This document shows positions 1 to 9,580 of a stretch of 32,000 nucleotides of DNA, in pieces. The notes beneath the pieces are model-generated. The model worked only from the letters and a program-made list of their open reading frames with translations, did no database searches and was not told the DNA's origin. How positions within the stretch are numbered: the first letter of the stretch is position 1; every line of letters starts with the position of its first letter. This DNA comes from Prochlorococcus sp. MIT 0801 (lineage in GTDB: Bacteria > Cyanobacteriota > Cyanobacteriia > PCC-6307 > Cyanobiaceae). Both the position numbers and the translations under genes were made by a program. The stretch is taken from positions 30,001 through 62,000 of the forward strand of contig NZ_CP007754.1 in assembly GCF_000757865.1 (NCBI RefSeq). The letters run 5' to 3'.

Positions 1-216
1 GTTCGGATCGGGAATATTATCTATTCCATGCTTAATTAACTTTGAATAGGTTTCATGAATATTATTTTCGCATCCAACAAGCAAAGGCTTTATATTTTTA
101 TTTAACCTCTTAGAGCCAAGAGCTTTTAATGTTATTTCAGTCCCTATGCCTGCAGGATCTCCTAATGAAATAATAAGTTTAGTTTTCTTTTCTTTTGTAT
201 TTTGAGATTTTGTCAT
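1..216 (-). CDS. pdxA: PdxA (4-hydroxythreonine-4-phosphate dehydrogenase), N-terminal 72 codons; the gene runs off the left edge
   Basis: My translation of the reverse strand from the ATG at 216-214 gives MTKSQNTKEKKTKLIISLGDPAGIGTEITLKALG... GDPAGIG.E is the PdxA N-terminal signature. It is absent from the ORF track because it has no stop inside the window. Confidence 0.7.
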   Translation of the reverse strand, partial: MTKSQNTKEKKTKLIISLGDPAGIGTEITLKALGSKRLNKNIKPLLVGCENNIHETYSKLIKHGIDNIPDPN

Positions 217-402
217 GTTTCGATTTTTTCTTTGGGGTTTTAATTTTTTAGCCAAGTGTTAAGTAAAAGTTGGCTTGCAATAGATTGGAATAAGTTTTTT
301 AAAATATTGGGTTAATTTCATTTGACTTTAATTATTTAGTAACTAGGTTAAAATGACTTTTAAAATACATTTATTAATGATAATTTAAAAAAATAAAGAT
401 TA

Positions 403-1332
403 TTAATTCATTTTTATATGCGAAAAACAATTCTTTAACCCAGATTTAAAATCAGGATAAATTAGAGAATAGCCAAGTTTTTTACATAATAACTCGTTAT
501 CAACTTTTCTATTCTCCTGCCAAAAAGATATTGCCATTGGACTCATTGTTGTTTGCGCAATTTCAAAAGGTACTGTTGATGGTAGAGATTTTTTGGCTAT
601 TTTGGCTGCGAAATTAAGCACGTCAAGATTACTTGCTGGCAAGTTATCGGCTACATTCACTACTGATGGAGTTCTCCCTTGAAAAAAGAGATTAATTAAG
701 AATAAGACAGATCCAGCAATATCATCGACATGAATTCTTGAAAAAACTTGACCGGGTTTATCGATCATTTTCGTTGTTCCATTTAACAGGCTTTCAAATG
801 CAGATCTTCCAGGCCCATAAATTCCTGGTAATCTGAGTATTTGAATCGGTAGCTTTGTATCTAGCCATTGTTTTTCACAGGACAATCTACGAATACTTCT
901 TTCTTGTTGAGGGTTTGGAGACGTATTCTCATTTACCCAGTTACCTTTTGAATCTCCATATACACCAGTAGTTGATAAATAACCCACCCACTTTATCTTT
1001 TTTGAATTTAGTAATTGATTTTTAAGTTTAAGAAGCACAGGATCTTCTCCACTTAATAAAGGAGGTATACAACTTAAGACATGTGTTGCTCCTTCCAGAA
1101 TTTCATTAGAAAATTTTTGATCGGTGTTAAATACAAAATCAGCTCCTTTGCTACCTTCTTTTCTCCGGCTGCATAAAACTTTTACTCCTAAATGCCTTCC
1201 TACACTTGCGATTCTTTGACCACTAAATCCACCTCCAAATATGATTAATTTTGATCTAGGCGGTAGAGGCTCAGATCGCTTGACAATATCTTGAATCATT
1301 AGTACAAATGTATTATGTTGATTATTTAGCAA
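403..1332 (-). CDS. NAD(P)-binding Rossmann-fold protein, epimerase/dehydratase (extended SDR)-like
   Basis: 309-aa ORF with an N-terminal glycine-rich dinucleotide-binding motif (KLIIFGGGFSGQRIA). Length is typical of the family. The true start may be the internal Met (MIQDIV...). Confidence 0.7.
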   Translation of the reverse strand: MLNNQHNTFVLMIQDIVKRSEPLPPRSKLIIFGGGFSGQRIASVGRHLGVKVLCSRRKEGSKGADFVFNTDQKFSNEILEGATHVLSCIPPLLSGEDPVLLKLKNQLLNSKKIKWVGYLSTTGVYGDSKGNWVNENTSPNPQQERSIRRLSCEKQWLDTKLPIQILRLPGIYGPGRSAFESLLNGTTKMIDKPGQVFSRIHVDDIAGSVLFLINLFFQGRTPSVVNVADNLPASNLDVLNFAAKIAKKSLPSTVPFEIAQTTMSPMAISFWQENRKVDNELLCKKLGYSLIYPDFKSGLKNCFSHIKMN

Positions 1333-1556
1333 TGATTGCTTCTTATTTAAAGCCTAGTCTGAATTCCTCTAATGGCGCTAGGAAATTAAGGAACTATAAA
1401 AGAATATCTGAACAAGACAAAAATCAGATCATTATAAAACCCATACTCGCGTCAATTTGCTTTCTTTTTTGCATCATTCTTGTACCAGAAAAACCTTCTA
1501 ACTTGACTTCGATTTGTGAAAAATATAATTCTTCTGCCGCTTGTCAAGTTTGGTAG
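1308..1556 (+). CDS. Hypothetical small protein with one hydrophobic segment
   Basis: 82-aa ORF that exactly fills the gap between two minus-strand genes. It has one hydrophobic stretch (ILASICFLFCIILV). This size is within chance expectation at this GC content. Confidence 0.3.
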   Translation: MYYVDYLAMIASYLKPSLNSSNGARKLRNYKRISEQDKNQIIIKPILASICFLFCIILVPEKPSNLTSICEKYNSSAACQVW

Positions 1557-1560
1557 AGTT

Positions 1561-1971
1561 TTAAGCTGCTTGCCAAGAATAATCTTCATTTGATCGCGAT
1601 TTTGAATTTTTACGACTCTCATTAGGTTTAGGCTCAGCCCATTTTAGAAGCCTTAAAGCTAAACGTATGTCTCCTTCCGTCCAAGCTCTTATTGCCATAG
1701 ATCGTCTTGGGTCGTAAAAACGTTGTTTTCTGTACCATTCAAAAGCATCATTATCTGTTTTGCTTCCATTACATGAGAGGCAGGCAGGCACACAATTTTC
1801 AGTAGTGCTTAACCCACCTCTACTTCTAGGTAGAATATGGTCAATTGATTCTGAATTTTTCCCACAATAAATACAATTGTTTCCGGTGAATTCATGTAAT
1901 GATTTGCGCCATCTTCGATCACGTAGCTTTGGGCATAGATCTTCTAAGAAAACCGCATCCCTGTTATGCAT
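1561..1971 (-). CDS. HNH endonuclease family protein
   Basis: CIYCG ... DHILPRSRGGLSTTENCVPACLSCNGSK is a canonical HNH/zinc-finger nuclease core. Confidence 0.85.
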   Translation of the reverse strand: MHNRDAVFLEDLCPKLRDRRWRKSLHEFTGNNCIYCGKNSESIDHILPRSRGGLSTTENCVPACLSCNGSKTDNDAFEWYRKQRFYDPRRSMAIRAWTEGDIRLALRLLKWAEPKPNESRKNSKSRSNEDYSWQAA

Positions 1972-2112
1972 GTGTAGAAATTAGCTAGTTGAATTTTGCC
2001 TTGATAGACCGATAAGTCAATGTATCGGATATTGCAATATTGTACTTTATAAGATTTTTTTTTAAATTGACTTTGAATTAGATCTAAAGTCTTCTTGTTT
2101 ATATTAAATTAA

Positions 2113-2535
2113 CTAATAACTATAACGATCTATATATTTCCCTTTTGGAGTTTTCTCTTCACTTTCCCCTGAAGAAGTTACTTCATTTCCTAATTCTTTA
2201 TCATTATTAATTCCTATAGAACTCGAGTCACCCGTATATAGATCACCTAAATAATTAATGCAATCTGCATATTTTGTAGGATCTTGAACTACTTCTTCAA
2301 CAATTAATGAAGCAGCTTGTTTTGGGGAAGTTTTGAATAAACCTTGTTTTTTATTTTTTATAAATTGATAGGCTGCTTGCCAGCTTGGTTCATGAGTATT
2401 GCCCCCATTCCTCATGAAGCAATATATATCTGCTCCATTTGTGACTGCTGCGTTAATTCTTAATCCTAAAGTGCTGCTGCAGAGTAAACAAATTATTGAA
2501 AGTGGTAAAAAGTTTCGCTTTATCCCTAATGGCAT
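2113..2535 (-). CDS. Hypothetical secreted or periplasmic protein
   Basis: 140-aa ORF with a signal-peptide-like N-terminus (LPLSIICLLCSSTLGLRINAAV). I recognise no domain. Confidence 0.5.
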   Translation of the reverse strand: MPLGIKRNFLPLSIICLLCSSTLGLRINAAVTNGADIYCFMRNGGNTHEPSWQAAYQFIKNKKQGLFKTSPKQAASLIVEEVVQDPTKYADCINYLGDLYTGDSSSIGINNDKELGNEVTSSGESEEKTPKGKYIDRYSY

Positions 2536-2953
2536 GATTTTAAGAGAATTATCAAATTTAAATTATCTATTTTTTTTGCTTCTGTCTAGCGTTAGTTAGT
2601 ATTAGTTTTTTTTTATCGCATAAACTTTACGACATTGACTTTGGAAAAATTGTATATAAAAATATTGAATGAGATTTTGATTTTTTTTATATCTATCTTT
2701 CTTTTATTGTAGTTCAACAATATTTTTTGTGCCTACAAAAATACTAATGAATGCAGTTCAAGTGAAAAATAGATATTTTAAAAGAGGCTTATTTGTTCTT
2801 TAAAAATTTATCTAAGTATGCTGAGGAAGAAAATTTACAATCATGTGCTGGCTTGTTTTTCATAATTAGATAAAAGCTTTTAGGGAAGGACCTCAAGTGC
2901 TTCATCTAATTAAAACAATAAAGTTAAAAGTTATTCTATTGATCTATTAAATA

Positions 2954-4108
2954 TTATTCTTTATTTAGTACTGAAATTGTTTTTGCAATTCCTTGACCAA
3001 TGGGGACGTTTAGTTTGCCCATTTTATCAAGAGTACTTTCTAAAGCTGATATGACACTAATAATATCTCTATTATTGACAAAACCCAAATGTCCAATTCT
3101 AAATATTTTTCCTTTTAAATGATCTTGACCTCCAGCAAGGAGTATGTCGAAATCATTTTTTAATGCTTTTCTTATACTTTCAGCGTCGATATTCTCAGGT
3201 TTAACAGCTGTTATCGCTGGACTTCCAAAATCTTCTTTTGTAAATAACTTCAAACCCATTGCTTTTATTCCTTCTTGAGTTGCTTTCTGATGAAGAGAAT
3301 GACGGGCAAATATATTATTTAACCCTTCTTTTTGCATCATTGTGAGTGAAGCTTCTAAAGCAAAGTATAAATTTATTGCAGGGGTAAAAGGATTGCTATT
3401 TTGATTAACTGTCTTTAAATATTGTTTTAGATCTAAATAAAATTTAGGTAAATCAGATTTATTATTTGCTTCCCATGCTCTTTTGCTCATAGCAACAAAG
3501 CTAAGGCCAGGTGGAATCATGTAACCTTTTTGAGAGCCTGAAGCTATTACATCTATTCCCCAGTCATCCATGGGGATGTTACATGCACCAAGACTTGTTA
3601 CACAATCAGCAATAGTAATAGCTTGACTATGATTTTTTACTTCATTATTAATCGATTTAAGATCATTAATCACTCCTGTTGAAGTTTCTGAGTGAGTTAA
3701 AATAACTGCTTTAATTTTTTTATTAGTGTCTTCTTCAAGAATCTTTTTGAATTGATTTGGATCAAGAGGAGTTCCCCAATCAGCTTTGACTACTTTTACA
3801 TTTAATCCATATGCTTTTGCTACTTTTACCCATCTTTCACCAAATTTTCCATTATCGCCGCAAATGACTTGATCACCTTTGCTTAATGTATTAATTATTC
3901 CTGCCTCCATTGCAGCTGTCCCACTTCCTGTAATTGTTAGGACGTCTGCAGTTGTTTGGTGAAGCCATTTGAGTTGCTCAGTTGTTTTTTGAACAATTTT
4001 TTGAAAATCTCCACTTCTGTGACCAATGGGGTGTTTACTCATGGAACTCAAAACATTCTCTGGAACCGGTGTCGGTCCAGGAATCATTAGATTGAGTTTG
4101 TCCTGCAT
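2954..4108 (-). CDS. Class-V PLP aminotransferase (serine-pyruvate / alanine-glyoxylate type; in cyanobacteria often annotated 'soluble hydrogenase small subunit')
   Basis: MIPGPTPVP N-terminus, the SGSQKGYMIPPG PLP-lysine motif and a 384-aa length. Confidence 0.9.
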   Translation of the reverse strand: MQDKLNLMIPGPTPVPENVLSSMSKHPIGHRSGDFQKIVQKTTEQLKWLHQTTADVLTITGSGTAAMEAGIINTLSKGDQVICGDNGKFGERWVKVAKAYGLNVKVVKADWGTPLDPNQFKKILEEDTNKKIKAVILTHSETSTGVINDLKSINNEVKNHSQAITIADCVTSLGACNIPMDDWGIDVIASGSQKGYMIPPGLSFVAMSKRAWEANNKSDLPKFYLDLKQYLKTVNQNSNPFTPAINLYFALEASLTMMQKEGLNNIFARHSLHQKATQEGIKAMGLKLFTKEDFGSPAITAVKPENIDAESIRKALKNDFDILLAGGQDHLKGKIFRIGHLGFVNNRDIISVISALESTLDKMGKLNVPIGQGIAKTISVLNKE

Positions 4109-4187
4109 TTACTTATTTAAATCTAGATTACTATTATTTTAAAAAATTATTTAGGGAATTTCCTTTATCGTCAGCTCTTCCAATGAT

Positions 4188-5333
4188 TTGAATCAATTTA
4201 CTCTTCCCGTTTGGGTCGTTGCGGCTGCAAAGTCAGCAACAAACACTCTTATTGGCAATAAATTTTTGGATAATGAGAGTATTGATTTACCAAATAAAGA
4301 AGAATCGATTACTGTACCTATTTCTTCTTCTGCTTTACTTGATAAGGGTGATAGATCTTTAGCAGTAACTCATTGTCAGTCTGGATTGGCTCTTGACATA
4401 ACAAGAGGAGTAGAAATCTGGGCATATGTTCAATTTAGTAAAACAAGTTTTCAATCTAAAAGGGTAGTTGAAAATGGTTTCCCCGATTGGCTTGATTTTC
4501 ATGCAGGTTTTGGAGTAGGTAAATTGCAAGGATCCGGTCAGCCATGTATATCTCAGTTTGCGCGTGATTTGCTTTGTATGAACCTATACCCCCTTTTGCC
4601 CAAGGGTAATTTAATTAAAGTCGAAATTATTTTACCTGAAGGGAAAGACCGTGCATTAAAGACAAGTAATGAAGCCTTTGGAGTTGTAGATGGATTGTCT
4701 CTCATTGGGACACAGGCGGAGGTTCAAATTAGTGCGTCTCCCGATCAGTTGAAAAACTGTAAAGAGATCTTGGAACACAAATGCTCTGAAGCAACATTTG
4801 ATGGATGTCTGACTTTTGTAATTGGTGAAAATGGAATGGACTTAGCAATGAAATATGGACTTCCAGCTAATCAAATTATTAAAACGGGGAATTGGTTAGG
4901 TCCTCTTCTTGTTGCTGCTGCAGAAAATGGAGTCAAGAAACTTTTATTATTTGGGTATCATGGAAAACTGATAAAACTGTCTGGTGGCGTTTTTCATACA
5001 CATCATCATCTTGCCGATGGAAGGATTGAAATTCTCACCTCACTTGCATTTAGAGAGGGCATCTCATTTGATTTGATTGAGTTAATAAGTAAATCAACAT
5101 CGGTGGAAAATGCTTTATTGACCCTTGAAGTTAGTAACCCAGAGGCTGTGTCGTTGATTTGGAGAAGGATGGCCAAAGAAATTGAAATTAAAAGCAGAAA
5201 CTATGTGAATAGATACTTGTCTTCATCGATGGAAATAGGATCTGTTTTATTTGATCGTAAAAGACAAATTCGTTGGGCTGGTTTTGACGGGTTAAAACAA
5301 ATTAATTCTTTTGGGTTAATTCTTAAGCGATAG
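4188..5333 (+). CDS. cbiD: Cobalt-precorrin-5B C1-methyltransferase CbiD
   Basis: GYHGKLIKLSGGVFHTHHHLADGRIEIL and the overall length match CbiD. The codon at 4188 is TTG, so the exact start is uncertain. Confidence 0.85.
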   Translation: MNQFTLPVWVVAAAKSATNTLIGNKFLDNESIDLPNKEESITVPISSSALLDKGDRSLAVTHCQSGLALDITRGVEIWAYVQFSKTSFQSKRVVENGFPDWLDFHAGFGVGKLQGSGQPCISQFARDLLCMNLYPLLPKGNLIKVEIILPEGKDRALKTSNEAFGVVDGLSLIGTQAEVQISASPDQLKNCKEILEHKCSEATFDGCLTFVIGENGMDLAMKYGLPANQIIKTGNWLGPLLVAAAENGVKKLLLFGYHGKLIKLSGGVFHTHHHLADGRIEILTSLAFREGISFDLIELISKSTSVENALLTLEVSNPEAVSLIWRRMAKEIEIKSRNYVNRYLSSSMEIGSVLFDRKRQIRWAGFDGLKQINSFGLILKR

Positions 5334-5399
5334 GCATATTCCTATTCTCTTAATTAGTCTATTTGATAAGAATGTTTCATAAGGATTCATCAGGTTGAT

Positions 5400-6986
5400 A
5401 TGGCTTCAATGATTTCAGCTGAAAAACGTAATCCAGCAATCGTAATTCTCGATTTTGGTTCTCAATATTCAGAATTAATTGCTCGAAGGGTTAGAGAGAC
5501 AGAGGTTTATTCATTAGTTATGAGTTACACAACATCTGCTGACCAATTACGTCATCTCAAGCCTAAGGGAATTATTTTAAGCGGAGGCCCTGGATCTGTT
5601 TACGAAGAAGGTGCTCCATATTGTGATCCAGAGATTTTTAATTTAGGGATTCCTGTTCTTGGTGTTTGTTATGGAATGCAATTAATGGTTCATTTGCTAG
5701 GAGGATCTGTAAAACCTGCTACTGGCAAAGCCGAATATGGAAAGGCTCCTTTAGAAGTTGATGATCCAACAGCGTTATTAACTAATGTTATAAGTGGATC
5801 AACAATGTGGATGAGTCATGCTGATTCAGTTCAGAAATTACCCAATGGATTTGTCAGATTAGCTCATACTTCAAATACTTTAGAGGCAGCTATTGCTTTG
5901 CACGATAAGAGTTTTTATGGAGTGCAATTTCATCCCGAAGTTGTTCATTCCACTCATGGAATGGTTTTAATAAGAAATTTCGTATATTTTATTTGCTCCT
6001 GTGAGCCAGACTGGACAACAAATTTATTTATAGATGAAGCTGTTTCTCAAGTAAAAGAACAGGTAGGCGATAAAAAAGTTTTATTGGCTCTATCTGGTGG
6101 AGTTGATTCATCAACTCTTGCATTTTTATTAAACAAAGCCATAGGACCTCAATTGACGTGCATGTTTATTGATCAAGGTTTTATGAGAAAAGGTGAGCCA
6201 GAATTTTTAATGTCTTTTTTTGATGAGAAGTTCAAAATTAATGTTGAATATATCAATGCCAGAGAAAGATTTATTTCAAAATTAAAAGGAGTAACTGATC
6301 CTGAGCAAAAGCGTAAAATCATAGGTAGAGAATTTATTCGGGTTTTTGAAGAAGAGAGTCTTCGATTGGGACCTTTTGATTACTTGGCTCAAGGTACGCT
6401 TTATCCAGATGTAATTGAAAGTTCTGGAACAAATATTGATCCAAAAACTGGCGAACGAATAGCGGTTAAAATCAAAAGTCATCACAATGTAGGAGGCTTA
6501 CCAAAAGATTTACAATTTAAATTGGTAGAGCCATTGAGACGTTTATTTAAAGATGAAGTCAGAAAAGTTGGTACATCACTGGGATTGCCTGATGAGATTG
6601 TTCGCAGACATCCATTCCCAGGTCCAGGATTGGCTATCAGAATTTTAGGAGAGGTTACTCATGAGAAACTAAATTGTTTAAGGAATGCAGATTTAATTGT
6701 GAGAGAGGAGGTTAATAATGCAGGCTTGTATAACCAGATTTGGCAGGCTTTTGCTGTCTTGTTGCCTGTGTATTCAGTTGGAGTAATGGGAGATCAAAGA
6801 ACTTATGAGTGGCCAGTTGTTGTTCGTTGTGTTTCTAGTGAGGATGGAATGACCGCTGATTGGTCTCGTTTACCGTATGAAGTCTTAGAGAAAATTTCTA
6901 ATCGAATAGTTAACGAAGTCGAGGGAGTTAATAGAGTTGTTTTGGATATAACAAGTAAACCACCAGGAACTATTGAGTGGGAGTAG
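5400..6986 (+). CDS. guaA: GMP synthase (glutamine-hydrolysing)
   Basis: GATase domain ([11 protein letters not shown]), ATP-PPase P-loop (SGGVDSS) and the canonical C-terminus ...PPGTIEWE-stop. Confidence 0.97.
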   Translation: MASMISAEKRNPAIVILDFGSQYSELIARRVRETEVYSLVMSYTTSADQLRHLKPKGIILSGGPGSVYEEGAPYCDPEIFNLGIPVLGVCYGMQLMVHLLGGSVKPATGKAEYGKAPLEVDDPTALLTNVISGSTMWMSHADSVQKLPNGFVRLAHTSNTLEAAIALHDKSFYGVQFHPEVVHSTHGMVLIRNFVYFICSCEPDWTTNLFIDEAVSQVKEQVGDKKVLLALSGGVDSSTLAFLLNKAIGPQLTCMFIDQGFMRKGEPEFLMSFFDEKFKINVEYINARERFISKLKGVTDPEQKRKIIGREFIRVFEEESLRLGPFDYLAQGTLYPDVIESSGTNIDPKTGERIAVKIKSHHNVGGLPKDLQFKLVEPLRRLFKDEVRKVGTSLGLPDEIVRRHPFPGPGLAIRILGEVTHEKLNCLRNADLIVREEVNNAGLYNQIWQAFAVLLPVYSVGVMGDQRTYEWPVVVRCVSSEDGMTADWSRLPYEVLEKISNRIVNEVEGVNRVVLDITSKPPGTIEWE

Positions 6987-7024
6987 CGGGAACGTCTACT
7001 TTCTAGTGATAACTTGATTTATAT

Positions 7025-7046
7025 GGTTTTACGTAGGTTTTACGTG
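7025..7046 (+). repeat. Iteron pair GGTTTTACGTA GGTTTTACGTG (11-bp period)
   Basis: Direct reading. Confidence 0.9.
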
Positions 7047-7085
7047 AGAGGTATGATGAGGATATAACTAGGGTTTTGAAGTGTC

Positions 7086-7107
7086 AGTTTTACGTGGGTT
7101 TTACGTG
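7086..7107 (+). repeat. Iteron pair AGTTTTACGTG GGTTTTACGTG
   Basis: Direct reading. Confidence 0.9.
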
Positions 7108-7130
7108 GCACATTTTCACCGTCTCCATGA

Positions 7131-7160
7131 AGAAATCGTAGAAAGATGCTTTTCTCTACA
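7131..7160 (+). repeat. Boundary motif AGAAATCGTAGAAAGATGCTTTTCTCTACA (imperfect inverted repeat CGTAGA.A / T.TCTACA)
   Basis: One of six full copies. The others are at 9649-9674, 10486-10518, 12892-12925, 15914-15945 and 18295-18325. Half-sites CGATTTCTCTA(C/T) are at 9727-9738 and 18378-18389. Confidence 0.8.
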
Positions 7161-7284
7161 CAACCAAATTATTTTTATACTTGTGAAGAGGTCTGATTTT
7201 CGCTTTACAAACCCAGAATAGATACATTCCCCTGAAAGTATTAGGATGTTTCTCTTCAAACTTTGCCCAGTTTTGTAAGTTTGT
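7156..7284 (-). pseudogene. Fossil C-terminal tail of a methyltransferase-type TPR gene, in frame directly after the stop of the sulfotransferase gene
   Basis: My translation after the TAA at 7287-7285 gives TNLQNWAKFEEKHPNTFRGMYLFWVCKAKIRP... The genuine C-terminus of the 10557 gene is QTNLQNWAKFEEKHPNTFEGMYQFWVCKS-stop. The track ORF 7116..7331 covers this DNA in a different frame. Confidence 0.75.
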
Positions 7285-9240
7285 TTAGGAGGCGATGTCT
7301 TTGTATTTATCAGTTTGGGTAAGGATTTCAATCGCAGGTTTCAGCATATCTTTATAGTTCTTCCATCCACCAATTGATTTTGAATTGATTGGGGAACGAA
7401 CTTGAACACTACTTGCCGTAGATACTGAGCGTGGATTTAGATGCGGTGTTAAAAATGAATCTTGCCATTTCCACCCTAACCAAGAGATCAAGGATTTAAT
7501 TTCTTCCTTAGGATTGTTGACTAATGAGTCATAATTTAGGTCATATATTTTTGATTTAAATCTATTCTTATATTTTGTCATTAAGTCTTCTTGATCTAAA
7601 TAAACTCTTGTGCAATCAACCAAGCAAGAGGAATAATCATTTCCATTAGCAAAATGTGTTCTGTAAATTGAAAGAATATTATCTAAAGGATTTCTATAGC
7701 AGTGAATAATGTATGCGTTGGGTATATGACAATGAATAATACCTGCGTATTGGTAGTTGTATAACCATTTGTTGGTTGTGATATTCATTTCCGTCTTATT
7801 ATTTACTTTTTTCTTATATAAGTCAGCAAGATTTATATCTTGTTTAGACTTCTTATACTCAAGGAACGATTCCTCAAGAATATTAATTTCACCTAGATCA
7901 TATACATCATTGCTCATACTAAGAATTGATTCCAATAATGTAGAACCACATCTAGGCATTCCTACAATAAAAATACTCTGAGAAGAATTTCTTGATGCTT
8001 TTTTATTAATTTCTTTCTTATCAGACTCAATAAGTAATGCTTTAGATTTATTGAACCTTATTTTAGGTTTAGATGGGTTAATATCAAGTTTTAATTTATT
8101 CGCTAATTTAAGGTATCTAGAACTTTCCTTATAATTTTTTTCCTTATGCAAAATATTTGCTATTGCGAAGTAAATATCAACTTGATTCTTTTGTAATTTA
8201 TTTTTTAAAATATTTTTTGATAAGAGTTGATCCTGCCATATCTTATTCTCATCAGAATAGTTAATTAATGATAGTGAATAGTATGCTTTTGCGAAATCAG
8301 GATTAAGTTCAATTGCTTTGCGGTATGACAATTCTGCGTCTTGTAATTTACCAAGATCTCTCAATACATTCCCCAGATTGGAATGCGCCATTGCGAAATC
8401 AGGTTTGAGTGCAATTGCTTTGCGTTGAGACAATTCTGCATCTTGTAATTTGCCGAGATCTCTCAATACATTCCCCAGATTGGAATGCGCCATTGCGTAA
8501 TCAGGTTTGAGTGCAATTGCTTTGCGGTATGACAATTCTGCATCTTGTAATTTGCCAAGATCATTCAATAAGACTCCCAGATTGGAATGCGCCATTGCGT
8601 AATCAGGTTTGAGTGCAATTGCTTTGCGGTATGACAATTCTGCATCTTGTAATTTGCCAAGATCTCTCAATACATTCCCCAGATTGGAATGCGCCATTGC
8701 GAAATCAGGTTTGAGTGCAATTGCTTTGCGGTATGACAATTCTGCATCTTGTAATTTGCCAAGATCTCTCAATACATTCCCCAGATTGGAATGCGCCATT
8801 GCGTAATCAGGTTTGAGTGCAATTGCTTTGCGGTATGACAATTCTGCATCTTGTAATTTGCCAAGATCTCTCAATACATTCCCCAGATTGGAATGTGCCA
8901 TTACGAAATCAGGTTTGAGTGCAATTGCTTTGCGAGTAGATAATTCTGCTTCTTGTAATTTGCCAAGATCTTTTAATATGATTCCATAATTAGAAAAAAC
9001 TCGGTGATCATTAAAACCTTGATTAATAAAATATTGATAATATTTTATTGCTTCTGAAATATTTCCTTTTACATTAAACTGAATTGCTTGATTAATTATT
9101 TTTTCTTGAGAAAGTTTAGAAATAGTATTGATATTAATAGTAAGATTTTCTTTGATTTCTCCTGAAGCAAATGGAACTGGAAATGTTTTTACTTCAGTGA
9201 CTTTCTTCTTTTCTCCTCCTTCTTGAGTAGAACTATCCAT
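7285..9240 (-). CDS. TPR-repeat protein with a C-terminal sulfotransferase domain
   Basis: About 8 TPR units (AMAHSNLGNVLRDLGKLQDAELSYRKAIALKPDY). The PAPS 5'-phosphosulfate loop is IFIVGMPRCGSTLLESIL, and the C-terminal ...RSPINSKSIGGWKNY is typical of TPR-sulfotransferases. Starts with ATG at 9240. Confidence 0.85.
   Translation of the reverse strand: MDSSTQEGGEKKKVTEVKTFPVPFASGEIKENLTININTISKLSQEKIINQAIQFNVKGNISEAIKYYQYFINQGFNDHRVFSNYGIILKDLGKLQEAELSTRKAIALKPDFVMAHSNLGNVLRDLGKLQDAELSYRKAIALKPDYAMAHSNLGNVLRDLGKLQDAELSYRKAIALKPDFAMAHSNLGNVLRDLGKLQDAELSYRKAIALKPDYAMAHSNLGVLLNDLGKLQDAELSYRKAIALKPDYAMAHSNLGNVLRDLGKLQDAELSQRKAIALKPDFAMAHSNLGNVLRDLGKLQDAELSYRKAIELNPDFAKAYYSLSLINYSDENKIWQDQLLSKNILKNKLQKNQVDIYFAIANILHKEKNYKESSRYLKLANKLKLDINPSKPKIRFNKSKALLIESDKKEINKKASRNSSQSIFIVGMPRCGSTLLESILSMSNDVYDLGEINILEESFLEYKKSKQDINLADLYKKKVNNKTEMNITTNKWLYNYQYAGIIHCHIPNAYIIHCYRNPLDNILSIYRTHFANGNDYSSCLVDCTRVYLDQEDLMTKYKNRFKSKIYDLNYDSLVNNPKEEIKSLISWLGWKWQDSFLTPHLNPRSVSTASSVQVRSPINSKSIGGWKNYKDMLKPAIEILTQTDKYKDIAS
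8293..9006 (-). repeat. Tandem 102-bp (34-codon) TPR coding repeats: 7 units, six of them nearly identical at nucleotide level
   Basis: Visible periodicity. Adjacent units around 8609-8806 are almost base-for-base identical. Confidence 0.9.
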
Positions 9241-9419
9241 CTTCTCTTATCTTTTCTCTCTTTTGGTTTTTCCGATTTTACTACTAATTTCAATCCTGAT
9301 TAATTCTTTCTGAAATCATTTATCATTTATAGAGCGAGAATAAAAAGTAGGTCTGTATATTATTTCGCTACAAAAGCATCATTGAGTATATTTTTTCTTG
9401 TAATCCATTGGCACGACTG

Positions 9420-9441
9420 GGGTTTACGTGGGTTTTACGTG
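9420..9441 (+). repeat. Iteron pair GGGTTTACGTG GGTTTTACGTG
   Basis: Direct reading. It lies inside a 56-bp segment that is absent from the paralogous region at 18170-18190. Confidence 0.9.
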
Positions 9442-9503
9442 CTATGTATAAAGATGAAATCCGTTGGTATGACTGGGGTTTAGGGGTGCTCTTTTGCAAA
9501 GGA

Positions 9504-9520
9504 CTATTGAGTGGGAATAG
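9504..9520 (+). repeat. att-like copy of the guaA 3' end (CTATTGAGTGGGAATAG)
   Basis: Identical to the 13044 copy and one synonymous difference from guaA 6970-6986. It is followed by TTTAGGGCAGTCAAAC, a flank shared with the 18211 copy. Confidence 0.85.
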
Positions 9521-9558
9521 TTTAGGGCAGTCAAACCCAGTCCACCACTCAAAGTGCT

Positions 9559-9580
9559 TGTTCCACGTGAGTTCCACGTA
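9559..9580 (+). repeat. Iteron pair, CC variant: TGTTCCACGTG AGTTCCACGTA
   Basis: Direct reading. A single further copy, AGTTCCACGTG, is at 9619-9629. Confidence 0.85.

Larger units (their letters stand above)
6970..7107 (+). repeat. Long direct repeat, copy 1: guaA terminal 17-mer, conserved spacer and two iteron pairs
   Basis: Aligns with 13044-13180. I count 6 mismatches in the first 82 bp by hand; the middle is more diverged. Confidence 0.9.

Noticed and set aside
2536-2953. The long (418 bp) AT-rich intergenic region as a possible ncRNA or promoter cluster
   Set aside because: I found a TTGACT hexamer, but no -10 box at proper spacing, no conserved hairpin or terminator, and no repeat. 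Nothing supports a call.
6282-6485. Antisense or alternative-frame ORFs inside large genes: 6282..6485 (guaA), 2399..2599, 18635..18913, 20285..20500, 24782..25027, 26358..26597 and 31398..31613
   Set aside because: Each is embedded in, or heavily overlaps, a gene with clear family motifs on the other strand or frame. None has independent support.
7116-7331. Track ORF of 71 aa overlapping the end of the sulfotransferase gene
   Set aside because: It is in the wrong frame. The homology to the paralog C-terminus (NLQNWAKFEEKHPNTF...) is in the frame continuous with the 7285 gene stop, so I report that fossil tail instead.
8609-8806. Plus-strand ORFs antisense to the TPR arrays (8609..8806 and 17391..17756), the alternative-frame minus-strand ORF 17140..17427, and the antisense ORF 7757..7981 elsewhere in the 7285 gene
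   Set aside because: The ORFs inside the arrays exist only because a 102-bp repeat lacking stops in one frame is copied in tandem, and their repetitive 'proteins' mirror the TPR periodicity. All of them, including 7757..7981, lie wholly inside well-supported minus-strand genes.
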